A stretch of DNA of 64,000 nt, taken from IMG/VR virus record IMGVR_UViG_3300025096_000004, positions 32,001-96,000 of that record. The stretch is one strand, 5' to 3'. Within the stretch, counting starts at the first letter, position 1; every line of letters begins with the position of its first letter. This document shows, piece after piece, positions 9,359 through 18,700 of the stretch. The notes under the pieces were generated by a model, which was not told the DNA's origin, did not search any database, and worked only from the letters and a program-made list of their open reading frames with translations. The DNA is from a virus. Made by a program: the position numbers and the translations under genes.

Positions 9359-9697
9359 TTGTTTACTGTTGATCATATAGCTATTAGGGTTTCAGATTTA
9401 GATCGAGCCCAAGAGTGGTATGAAGAAAATTTAGGAGCAGTACTTCAATTTAAAGACCGTTTTTACCGAAGAATGTCCCTAAATAACACAACTTTAGCAC
9501 TCATAGATGAAAACCGGTACCCAAGTAACCATATAGGCGTATTGGTCGAGAACATTGCGAATTTGCCAGATGTTGGGACAAGGGTTGAACATCGAGATGG
9601 AACTATCGGAGTCTATGTGGAAGACCCATTCGGAAACGTGGTTGAATATATATGGTATTCGTCCGGGGCCATTCAAAAATTTACAAAGGAAAATTAA
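9359..9697 (+). CDS. VOC (glyoxalase/bleomycin-resistance) family protein
   Basis: DHIAIRVSDLDRAQEWY...HIGVLV...YVEDPFGNVVE; TTG 9359 with GGAGG upstream. Confidence 0.85.
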   Translation: MFTVDHIAIRVSDLDRAQEWYEENLGAVLQFKDRFYRRMSLNNTTLALIDENRYPSNHIGVLVENIANLPDVGTRVEHRDGTIGVYVEDPFGNVVEYIWYSSGAIQKFTKEN

Positions 9698-9698
9698 A

Positions 9699-9980
9699 AT
9701 GAAATATAAAGAAATATATGGAGATGTTAGTGATGGCGCGTTGAATATGATTGATAGAAATATGAGAAAAGTTAATGATAATTATTGGAAATTAGGGAAA
9801 GGACATTTTCCAAGAACGATGAAGGCATCATATGTCAATATTATGATGATTTGCCCCGACACCGGGGATAAAAAGAAACATATTATGGGACCTTACTCTA
9901 AAAAAATAGCAGAATCTATCATGACTGATTATCTTAAGCAGGGACAGTGCTGTTGGGTTGAAGAAGATTATATCCGATAA
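9699..9980 (+). CDS. Hypothetical protein (93 aa)
   Basis: ATG right after the previous stop; start moved from 9555. Confidence 0.65.
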   Translation: MKYKEIYGDVSDGALNMIDRNMRKVNDNYWKLGKGHFPRTMKASYVNIMMICPDTGDKKKHIMGPYSKKIAESIMTDYLKQGQCCWVEEDYIR

Positions 9981-10215
9981 GCCATTTGGTGCCAGCGCAT
10001 TAAAAAAAGTTAGTATTGGTGACTTGGTAGAATGGGCTTCGCTTGAAGTAGACGAAAACAATAAATGGTTTGAAAAAAAGTCTCAAGGAATACTAACTGA
10101 TATAACTATCGAATATATTGGCGGAAGAAATGTTTATTTTGGTACAGTTGTACCAGTAAAAAATCAAATTAGTTGTAATGTCTTTCTATACTTGTTAGAG
10201 AAAGTAACTATTTAA
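9958..10215 (+). CDS. Small SH3/KOW-like hypothetical protein
   Basis: VSIGDLVEW...GILTDI pattern; start uncertain. Confidence 0.6.
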   Translation: MKKIISDKPFGASALKKVSIGDLVEWASLEVDENNKWFEKKSQGILTDITIEYIGGRNVYFGTVVPVKNQISCNVFLYLLEKVTI

Positions 10216-10219
10216 TAGT

Positions 10220-11005
10220 ATGAAATATATTATTAATGCTAAAGATTATTCCAATGAAGTAAAGGGTTTAACAAATTTTGCTCGAAAAAGATTCGGCTTT
10301 TCTCAACAACCCAAGATCTTATTTGATGATGATGTCCCGAATAGTCACAAAACCTTGGGAAAAACAGGGCATTATGATCCGGGCAGCATGCAGATACATA
10401 TATATGCCACTGGGCGACACATTAAAGATATTTTAAGATCTTTGGCACACGAACTGGTTCACCATATGCAAAATGAAAATGGTGAACTTTCCCATGATGG
10501 GTATATGGGACAAGGATATGCACAAAAAAACCCTCACATGAGGGAAATGGAAAAACAAGCATATGAAATGGGTAACCTCTGTTTTAGAGATTGGGAAGAT
10601 AGCTTAAAACAAAAACACCCAACTATTTATAATGAAAGGAGAAATCATCAAATGTCACTAAAAGATTGGAAAAATAAAGAGTTAAACGAAAACCTCAATG
10701 AAAAATGGGGATTTAAAATGAAACTCAATGAAATGGGGATGCACCCCGGAGCCCAACAGGGAAGTATAGAACGAATGAATAGTATCTATGGTGCTGAACC
10801 ACCTCTGGCTCCGGAAGAATACATAGATCCAGAAGAATGTGAAGCCGTCGATCCAGTTTCTGGGGAATGTCTTGACCCTCCAGAAGAATCACCCTGTGCA
10901 ATGGCACAGCAGGAAAATCCATCCCCAATGGGATCGGAAATGCCAAGAGACGTACCATTTCAAGAGTCTCTCAATAGGAAAATCCGAGTTAAAATTAAAA
11001 AATGA
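10220..11005 (+). CDS. Zincin-like metallopeptidase with a low-complexity C-terminal region
   Basis: RSLAHELVHHMQ (HExxH) with downstream EMEKQAY; ACTATTTA at 10207-10214. Confidence 0.75.
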   Translation: MKYIINAKDYSNEVKGLTNFARKRFGFSQQPKILFDDDVPNSHKTLGKTGHYDPGSMQIHIYATGRHIKDILRSLAHELVHHMQNENGELSHDGYMGQGYAQKNPHMREMEKQAYEMGNLCFRDWEDSLKQKHPTIYNERRNHQMSLKDWKNKELNENLNEKWGFKMKLNEMGMHPGAQQGSIERMNSIYGAEPPLAPEEYIDPEECEAVDPVSGECLDPPEESPCAMAQQENPSPMGSEMPRDVPFQESLNRKIRVKIKK

Positions 11006-12051
11006 AATTTGAAAAATTAAATCAATTTATTATTGAAGCAGTTCAAAATTACAATGAGGACGAAGTCATTGAAATTAAATCCTTTAAGGATCTTATGGAA
11101 GTCTCTGGTGTAAGTGGGCTTGCTGGATATGCAGGAATTCCATTTGGTAAAAAAAATGAAATCGAAGAGTTTAACAAAAAAGAAGAATTAAGACAACGTC
11201 TTAAAGGAAAAAAAATATCTGAAGGAGCAAATAACATGATTAAGAGAGAAAATATCCTCATTGAAAGAAGAATTCGACAGTATATCAGAACCAAAATTAA
11301 AAACCTAATGCATGAACAAAAAAAGGCGGAGATGCAAGAAGAAATGCAATTACGCCATGTTATTCGTCATTTGATCAAAGAAGGTGATATCTCTGATATT
11401 CATCCTCACCGATCTACTGGTATTAATATCTTGGAAGACCTTCTTAAAAAAATGATTCCAACTCTTCGGACTGATTTCAAACGATTAACAACAGATAAAT
11501 CTCAAAGGGATTCTTTCCGGGCTCATTTGGTTAAAGCTATCAAAGACTCACTTATGCCAATGATGGTAAATGATAAATATCGACCTGAAGACGAAGAACC
11601 TGCTGCTCCGGTGGCTGAACCGGGCGCACTATTAAGTGAACCTCCTGCTGATGTAGGTGCAGGTGAAGACGAAGAGGTTTTGGCCAATTTAGAAGAAATG
11701 GTGATGGCTGAACTTGGGGATCTGACGGAAATAGATATTGAAGTGCAGGACGGCGATGAAGAAAAAAAGGTTCCTGTCGAAGATGACGATACTCCTTCAG
11801 ATGAAGAAGCCTTTGGGACGGGCCTCGAAGGCTTGGATGAAACGGGGAGGAATATGGCTTTTACCTGTTTTAAAAAGGTTAGTCAATACATCCTTGATGC
11901 CTACGATTCGTTGGCCAATCCCAAAGACAAAGAAATCTTCATCGATTATTTGGTCACCAATGTTAAATTGTATTTTGATAAGTTCGAAGACGAGCTTGCA
12001 AAATCTGTTGATGAACCAACAACAAGTCAATATGATGATGCCATTGCTTGA
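11002..12051 (+). CDS. Acidic hypothetical protein (349 aa), putative head/scaffold-associated
   Basis: ATGA coupling; many [LI]-x-E sites and an acidic linker. Confidence 0.7.
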   Translation: MKFEKLNQFIIEAVQNYNEDEVIEIKSFKDLMEVSGVSGLAGYAGIPFGKKNEIEEFNKKEELRQRLKGKKISEGANNMIKRENILIERRIRQYIRTKIKNLMHEQKKAEMQEEMQLRHVIRHLIKEGDISDIHPHRSTGINILEDLLKKMIPTLRTDFKRLTTDKSQRDSFRAHLVKAIKDSLMPMMVNDKYRPEDEEPAAPVAEPGALLSEPPADVGAGEDEEVLANLEEMVMAELGDLTEIDIEVQDGDEEKKVPVEDDDTPSDEEAFGTGLEGLDETGRNMAFTCFKKVSQYILDAYDSLANPKDKEIFIDYLVTNVKLYFDKFEDELAKSVDEPTTSQYDDAIA

Positions 12052-12058
12052 TATATAT

Positions 12059-12087
12059 AATATAACTTGCTTTTGTAATCTTGTCAA
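12059..12087 (-). promoter_or_regulatory. Antisense-oriented sigma70-type promoter
   Basis: Minus strand reads TTGACA-17 nt-TATATTATAT, the same architecture as the sense promoters. Confidence 0.7.
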
Positions 12088-12104
12088 GGATAAAATGTAA
12101 AAAA

Positions 12105-12470
12105 ATGGCTTGGAAAAAGAAACTTAGCTCATATCAAGGGAAGAACAAGGATTATTCATTCAGAAATAAATTAAAAAAAGATAAAAAACTGAATGATACA
12201 TTTGAATCTATATTAAGTTCTTTAACATTAGAAGAGATTATATCTTTAAAGTTAGAATTATCTTCTTCTTATATTAATAATAGATTATATAATATACCTA
12301 TATATAATAGTTTAATATATATAGTAAAAGAAGCATGTCTGAAATATGCACTCTCCGCATGTCGAACTAAGGGAGATGCTGCTCGGATGCTTGGATTGTC
12401 GAAGGCTAATTTTCAGACAGAATTGAAGAAATTCGGAATCAGACAAAAAAAACTTGAAGAAAGTACTTGA
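12105..12470 (+). CDS. Protein with a C-terminal Fis-type (HTH_8-like) helix-turn-helix
   Basis: VKEACLKYALSACRTKGDAARMLGLSKANFQTELKKFGI; start moved to ATG 12105. Confidence 0.65.
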   Translation: MAWKKKLSSYQGKNKDYSFRNKLKKDKKLNDTFESILSSLTLEEIISLKLELSSSYINNRLYNIPIYNSLIYIVKEACLKYALSACRTKGDAARMLGLSKANFQTELKKFGIRQKKLEEST

Positions 12471-12495
12471 CAACTTCTCAGTTATAGGTTATATT
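12467..12495 (+). promoter_or_regulatory. sigma70-type promoter
   Basis: TTGACA-17 nt-TATATT. Confidence 0.85.
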
Positions 12496-12512
12496 ATATA
12501 TACTGGATTACT

Positions 12513-12791
12513 ATGGGAGGTAAGATGACAGTAACTGTAGATGATATTATAAAGAAATATAAAAACAAGAAAGGTGATATAGAGTCTGAAACGATACTAA
12601 TTGATAATAATTACGAGCGGAAAGCCAATGGAACAGTATCTGTTTGGGGATGCACAGCAGATATTGCGAATATAGCGGCAAGATGTAGAGACCAAATTGT
12701 CTCCATCCGCGATGATGCTGATGGTTGTTCTCTAGAAATCAATAGAAAGGCATTCAGAGGCGTTTTATACGCCTTTCGGAATGTAAAATGA
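12513..12791 (+). CDS. Hypothetical protein (92 aa)
   Basis: First ORF after the promoter; coupled to the PMM gene. Confidence 0.7.
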   Translation: MGGKMTVTVDDIIKKYKNKKGDIESETILIDNNYERKANGTVSVWGCTADIANIAARCRDQIVSIRDDADGCSLEINRKAFRGVLYAFRNVK

Positions 12792-13666
12792 GTTATGGCA
12801 AAAGAATAACTTGGCTTAATGATATAAAAAAATCTCAGCAGACTTCTGAGTGGGAGTTACCCCACCCAAAAAATATTATTTTGTTTGATATGGATGGGAC
12901 GTTGACTGCTCCAAGACAATCTTTTGATATGAATCTTTTGCAGCCTCTCCGAAAACTTTCTGAGATTGCTGATATTGGGATAGTATCAGGATCAGACTTC
13001 GATTATATTAAAGAACAATTGCATTATCTGCTTTTTAAATCAGAAATAAGATTTAAACTGCATTTATTGCCTTGCAATGGTACAAAATACTATGCACCAC
13101 CTACTTTTTCAACAGATCAATATATTTTGTCTCACAAAGTTAATATGAAAGAAGAAATAGGATCGCTGTCTTTTCATCAAATGATGAAAATTCTAACATC
13201 ATTGCAGAGTCATATAGCAGAGTTGGGAATCCCACTATCAGGAAATTTTATTCAATATAGGGGTTCCATGATTAATTGGTGTCCTATAGGTAGGAACGCT
13301 TCTCTTGAAGAAAGAGAACAATTTGTCAAGCGCGATCTTGAGTCAAATATTCGGAAAGACTATTTGCGGAGATTAAAGAGAAAACTCTCTCTTTCTAATA
13401 TGGATAAAAAAATAACTTGTACTTTGGGAGGAGAAACAAGTTTTGATATTTATCCAAATGGGTGGGATAAAACCTATGCCCTGCAACACTTTGAACATCA
13501 AGATGTTTGGTTTGTCGGTGATCGATGTGAAGATGGCGGAAACGATCAAGCTTTATATGAAGTTTTGATCAACAAGGGTCGATCCTATAAAACAAAAGGG
13601 CCAAAAAATACTAGAGAAATTATTGATGTAATAGGTCAACATTTATTAAACTTGGAAGATGAATGA
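12788..13666 (+). CDS. pmm: Eukaryote-type phosphomannomutase (HAD IIB, PMM family)
   Basis: LFDMDGTLTAPRQ, IVSGSD, YRGSMINWCPIGRNAS, GGETSFDIYPNGWDKTY, FVGDRCEDGGND. Confidence 0.9.
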   Translation: MSYGKRITWLNDIKKSQQTSEWELPHPKNIILFDMDGTLTAPRQSFDMNLLQPLRKLSEIADIGIVSGSDFDYIKEQLHYLLFKSEIRFKLHLLPCNGTKYYAPPTFSTDQYILSHKVNMKEEIGSLSFHQMMKILTSLQSHIAELGIPLSGNFIQYRGSMINWCPIGRNASLEEREQFVKRDLESNIRKDYLRRLKRKLSLSNMDKKITCTLGGETSFDIYPNGWDKTYALQHFEHQDVWFVGDRCEDGGNDQALYEVLINKGRSYKTKGPKNTREIIDVIGQHLLNLEDE

Positions 13667-14019
13667 AATCGGATGATAATAATTATTTTTTGAACATGAT
13701 TGTGAGAATATTGGAAGATGGTATATATTTGGGTGAAATTTCATCTTCAAAGGAATACTTAGATGATATAGCTAATTTTTTTAATCAAGATGGAAATCTA
13801 TATTGTAAGTTTGACTATAAAACTTTGGTTATTGAAGATTCAATGTGTAATCCAATTTTAAATTTGGTGATTAGAAGCAATACTTTATATATCTTACCTT
13901 CAATAGAAGATAATTTCTTTTCTTGTTTTGTTAAGATCATCTCTTATGTCTCCACCCCAAAGAGAAAGAAGAAAAATGTCAAAAAAGAAATCGACGAAAA
14001 AGAATTTGAATGGATTTAA
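13663..14019 (+). CDS. Hypothetical protein (118 aa)
   Basis: ATGA coupling to PMM. Confidence 0.65.
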   Translation: MKSDDNNYFLNMIVRILEDGIYLGEISSSKEYLDDIANFFNQDGNLYCKFDYKTLVIEDSMCNPILNLVIRSNTLYILPSIEDNFFSCFVKIISYVSTPKRKKKNVKKEIDEKEFEWI

Positions 14020-14044
14020 GAATCTCAAACGTGGGAGAAAAATA

Positions 14045-14371
14045 ATGAAAATATTTTATTTAAAAAGGGTTGAAGATGAATCTGGCGTGTCCGGAACAGG
14101 CCGCATTGCTCAAGGGTTTATTTTTGATAATGGAAAAGTTGCCCTGACTTGGCTTTCAGAACACCCTTCTGTTACGGTTTACGATAGTATAGGCGAGGTC
14201 CGCGCTATTCACGGCCACGGTGGCAAAACAGAAGTTATTATGGAACCTGACTATAAAAGGGCATATAACGAAGTGAAGAGCTTTGTTGACAACTTTAAAC
14301 TGGAGGATGTTATGAAAGATAAACTCCCTGTTGAAGGTTCCGCCGCCAAACTATTAAAGGAGAAAGAATGA
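14045..14371 (+). CDS. Conserved phage hypothetical protein
   Basis: FYLKRVEDESGVSGTG...DNGKVALTW...HGHGG motif; GGAG upstream; start moved to ATG 14045. Confidence 0.75.
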   Translation: MKIFYLKRVEDESGVSGTGRIAQGFIFDNGKVALTWLSEHPSVTVYDSIGEVRAIHGHGGKTEVIMEPDYKRAYNEVKSFVDNFKLEDVMKDKLPVEGSAAKLLKEKE

Positions 14372-14799
14372 ATAAAAAAATGATAGCAATAAGTGGGGGA
14401 TTTGACCCCATTCATGTTGGTCACATCCGCATGATAGAAGAGGCATCAAAGCACGGGTCTGTTCTTGTTATCCTTAATTCTGATGATTGGCTTCAAAGAA
14501 AGAAGGGTTATGTGTTTATGGCGTGGAAAGAACGAGCATACATAATGGGAAATATCAAGGGTGTTTCTGTAGTAACAAATGTAGATGATTCCGATGATAC
14601 AGTGTGTCAAGCTCTCCGTCGACACAAGCCAGATGCATTTGCAAATGGCGGAGATCGCAAATCCAATAACACACCAGAAATGCAACTATGTAGCGACCTT
14701 GATATAGAATTGTTATGGAATATTGGCGGTGAAAAGGTTCAATCTTCTTCCGAGTTGGTTACCAACAGTCAAAACCAAAAAGGAGCAAAGCATGTCTGA
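14368..14799 (+). CDS. Cytidylyltransferase-like nucleotidyltransferase (TagD/RfaE-like)
   Basis: ISGGFDPIHVGH (HIGH-type), VILNSDDWL, FANGGDR, KVQSSS. Confidence 0.85.
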   Translation: MNKKMIAISGGFDPIHVGHIRMIEEASKHGSVLVILNSDDWLQRKKGYVFMAWKERAYIMGNIKGVSVVTNVDDSDDTVCQALRRHKPDAFANGGDRKSNNTPEMQLCSDLDIELLWNIGGEKVQSSSELVTNSQNQKGAKHV

Positions 14800-15046
14800 A
14801 AAATATAATCCCGGCGGAGCGGATAGGTTGTTGGATCGAGTGGAAAAAGACAAAACTGGTAAAATAAAAAAACTAGTTCTAATGTTGATGGATTCTGTGA
14901 AACGATTATCTATGGAGGGTATTCCGATTGATGAAATTGCCGCGACGACTACAATGGCATGGTACATCGGTCAAAACCCAGAAATGGAAAATATTGTACA
15001 AGCGTTCGCAAATTTGGACCAATCTGATGAAAATAATTATAATTGA
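14792..15046 (+). CDS. Hypothetical protein (84 aa)
   Basis: AGGAG SD; start moved to ATG 14792. Confidence 0.7.
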   Translation: MSEKYNPGGADRLLDRVEKDKTGKIKKLVLMLMDSVKRLSMEGIPIDEIAATTTMAWYIGQNPEMENIVQAFANLDQSDENNYN

Positions 15047-15050
15047 ACAC

Positions 15051-15077
15051 AAAGGAGGGAGAAATCTCTCCTTTTTT
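15051..15077 (+). terminator. Rho-independent terminator
   Basis: AAAGGAGGGA-GAAA-TCTCTCCTTT hairpin (one G-U pair, GNRA loop) followed by a T-run. Confidence 0.8.
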
Positions 15078-15109
15078 GCTATTTAGAGTATGATATAAGA
15101 GGAATTTAG

Positions 15110-15721
15110 ATGTCCACTGCCATGAGATTGATAATGGAAGGTTGGCGAGAGTTTTCTATTTTGGAATCAATTCTTGCTGAAGATAAAAAAGCAACACAAA
15201 TGAACATTGACCAGCTTGCTGATGTTCAAGCAAAATATGCAAAAAATCCAGAAATCCAAAAGAAAATATATATCGCCTTAACTTCAGACCCAGAGGTGCA
15301 AAAGCTCGCAGCTTTTCTCGTAAAATCTATCGAATCCGGAGTTGAAAGTTCTGAAGAGATTTCTGGCGATGCTGCTACAGATCTCGAATCAGCCGGACTC
15401 CAAGAGGGATTGGGAGATTTTGTTCAAGCAATCACTGATGCGATGGTCCTCGCCGGCGCTGGAGAAATGGAAGCTGCTTTGCGCTCTGTTGGTTTAGGTA
15501 TGATTGCGGATGCAAATCCAAAAATTATTGGAGCAGCAGTGCTGGCCATCACCGCCGGGGCGTCGTTAACCGGCGCCATAGACCCTCTTGATGCAGTTAA
15601 ATTGGCAGGTATCGGTGGCAAAATTGCAGTTGGCGGCATTGACAGCGCAACACCAGAAGATTTTGCTGATATTGCCACTTCAGCCTCCGGCCTCGAGGGT
15701 GGCAAGAAAGCAGAACAATAA
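15110..15721 (+). CDS. Ala/Gly-rich hydrophobic protein with MRLIMEGWREF tag (putative ejection/internal virion protein)
   Basis: GCTATTTA at 15078-15085, GAGG SD, tag variant, hydrophobic IIGAAVLAITAGASLTGAI segment. Confidence 0.7.
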   Translation: MSTAMRLIMEGWREFSILESILAEDKKATQMNIDQLADVQAKYAKNPEIQKKIYIALTSDPEVQKLAAFLVKSIESGVESSEEISGDAATDLESAGLQEGLGDFVQAITDAMVLAGAGEMEAALRSVGLGMIADANPKIIGAAVLAITAGASLTGAIDPLDAVKLAGIGGKIAVGGIDSATPEDFADIATSASGLEGGKKAEQ

Positions 15722-15738
15722 CCTTTGGAGTGTAAAAA

Positions 15739-18700
15739 GTGAATATAGCTAAACAACTAATTGAAAGTGCCGTAAATGAACTTATGGAAGAATATAATCT
15801 AGATGAAGGACCACTTGCCGACCGAACCAAGGCCGCCGCATCAGAAAAATATCCAGATGCCGCAGACAAAGATCTAGAAGATGCGGGCATTGAATCAGAA
15901 AAAGAGGAGGCCGCACCCGAAAAAGAAGATCCAAATATAAAAATTCTTAAAGAGTTGATTCAAATATTGTCTCAAAAAGACCCATCCGTCATTGCCACAG
16001 AACTCAAAACCGATGCAAAAAAAGAACAATTCGACAAAATCCAAAATGCCATCGAAGCTCTCGGGGGTCTTGAAAAAATAATGTCTGATCCCAACCTTGA
16101 GGCCAAGCCAAAAAAATTGTTGCAGCAATTCGCCCAAGCATTGGCTCAAGCCCCAGACCAAGAGACTTCCAAAGAGGTAGAGAGGTGGTTTGCCAACAAT
16201 GATCCCGATGGTGCATTTTTAAAACTACTAGACGATAAGGAAAAAGAAGCATTTTCAACCTTATTTTCAATCTTGCTCAAAGGTAAGGTTATATCTGAAG
16301 ACAGCTTCATAGACACAATTGATAACAGCCCAATTGACCGGATGAAATTTCTTGTGGCATTAAGGGATGTCGGCGGTCCTGCCGCCGAGATTATTAAAAA
16401 TGCTTTAATAAAGCCAGAAACCGCCAAGGCGTTCATCGCAATGATGAAATATAGCAAAGGTGAGGCAACCCCTGCCGAAAAACCAGAAGATGCTGCTGAA
16501 ATAGAAGAGTTGAGTGATGAAGTTAAAAAGATTGTTGAGGAACTCAATGCGGCCAAAATCGCATTACAACCTCAACAAATTAAAGTAATCCAATCAATAT
16601 ACAACACAATAAAAGAATACGCTTCGACATTACAAGAAGTAGGAGACCTTCCTCAAGTCAGAGACCCGGGTGATCTCCCACAGGTTAAAAAAGAACCATC
16701 CGGTGAGATGGCAAAAGATGTTTTATTGGGTTTTATTTTCAATATTATCCAAGATGAGGACAAATCAGTTGAATTGTTTAAAAAAATTCAACCAGATATC
16801 CGACAAGAGTTTAAAAAGATCCTATCCAACTCCGCCGCACAGGATATTCTGAAAAAAGGATTTGAGGGCATCTCATCAAAACAGCCACAAGATCCAGAGA
16901 AGAAAAAATCACCCGCATCTCTGGGCGCCACAAAACCAGAAAATATTGATGCAGTCGAGGGGCTTGTTGAAGCTCTCGACGAGTTCATGGGCCAACCCCC
17001 CGGAAGCGAACCAAATTTTTCTTTTCCAGAATCTAACCTGTTAAAGGATCAGGGTGTCATGCTTATGGGGTTGTTTTCTAAAATTCGCATTCTTTTGGGC
17101 ATGCCAACAATTGAAGCTCACAAGGCTTTGTTGGCGATTAATAGAAGAAACACAGGACCAGATCAGGAATCTCCCGGAAAACCGGCACCAGAGCAAGATA
17201 CTTCAAAGCCCGAATCTTCGCCTCCTGCTCCCAAGAGAGATGATATTTATGAAGCGAAGGAATTGGCACCCAACGAGGTAGAACCCAAAAACTTGGTTAT
17301 TCTTCGGGATTACATTAAGGAAGCAATAACAACGGTTCAAATTTATCTTGAAACTGCCAAAGAAGGCAAAAAAGGTTCAGAAGAATTGTATAGTAAATAT
17401 GGAAATGTTCTTGGACAAGACGCTTGGGATCCAAAAAAGGTTCTATATCAGATTAATTTGAAAAATATTATAAATCTATGTAATGCTTTTATTACACATC
17501 TTGATACGATTATGAAGAAAGCAGATGTCGAAGAAGAACCTCTTCAAGAGGCCCAAGCTGTTCCCTTTGCTCAAATTGTAAAAGAGGTCGAATCTGTATT
17601 CAATTTTGTTGTAGAACAGGGCACCCAATTGAAAAAGATGATTGCTGACCATGCTGTTGAGACCAAAGGAGATGAAAAGCCCGCCGCTAAGCGCGATGCA
17701 CTCTATGAAGCCGAAGAAGACAAGAATATAGCCGATCCGGCAGTGAGAGCGTCCCAAGCCGCATCCTTGGCATCCTTCGACGTTCAACTTGTTGAACCTC
17801 AAGTCGATGCAATTCGTAAAACAGGCCAAGCAATCCATGATCAACTTGATTCAATAAAACAGCATTTTCCATTGGTCAATCCTTTTGATTCAGATCTATA
17901 TGGAACCAAGGGTTTCGAAGATGCTATCAATAAATTAAAAAGTCTTTTGAAGGATATCGTAAATATTTCGGGACAAATTAGCAGTGCCCAAAGTTTCGCC
18001 GAGGTCACCCCAGCCGCGAAGAAAGTTTTATATGACACTCTTGAACGGATTGTTAAAAATATCAAAGATACCTTCACCGGTGGGTTTGATAAACGCCCAG
18101 CGGTCAATAATGAAACAGACTCCAAAGATTTTGAAGACAAGGCACCCCAAATTGGTGGAGATGAGGCAGAAACTGAAGACCCCGGAGAAGAGGGGACTGA
18201 AGATGATGAGTTATCACAATATCTCACTCAAGAAGAAAAATTTTATAAAAGAATACTGGGCATAAGAGACCAATTTAGAAAAGACGGCCTAAAGGGTATG
18301 GATATCGAGGAAGCCGCAATCAAAGATCCGATAAAATACCTCGGAGATTTAAGAATAAAGATTGAAGAATATGAGGCCAAACTAAAAGAAGATGATATAA
18401 AAGCGGATAAATTTACTTTTCGACAAGCAATGAAGGTCTATGAGCAGTATCTTGAAAGATATATTACTGTTTATGAACAATTTAAAGAAGGTAACCTTGA
18501 GGTTTCATTTGCCCAAACTCCAGAAGAAATAGCCGGTGTTTGGTTGAATGAAAAACAACTAGAATTTCTTAAGGGTGTGATGGAAGAATATGCCAACTTT
18601 CACGAAGCGGTTACTCAGTTCAATTTATCCGTCAAAGGCGGGAAACCAAGCGCCCAAACCGTTGGTAGAATTATGGATGTCCTTCAGGTCGCCGGTGGCA

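Noticed and set aside
11797-12087. 96-aa minus-strand ORF as the target of the antisense promoter
   Set aside because: Its TTG start is the -35 hexamer itself, upstream of the predicted transcription start, so that promoter cannot express it
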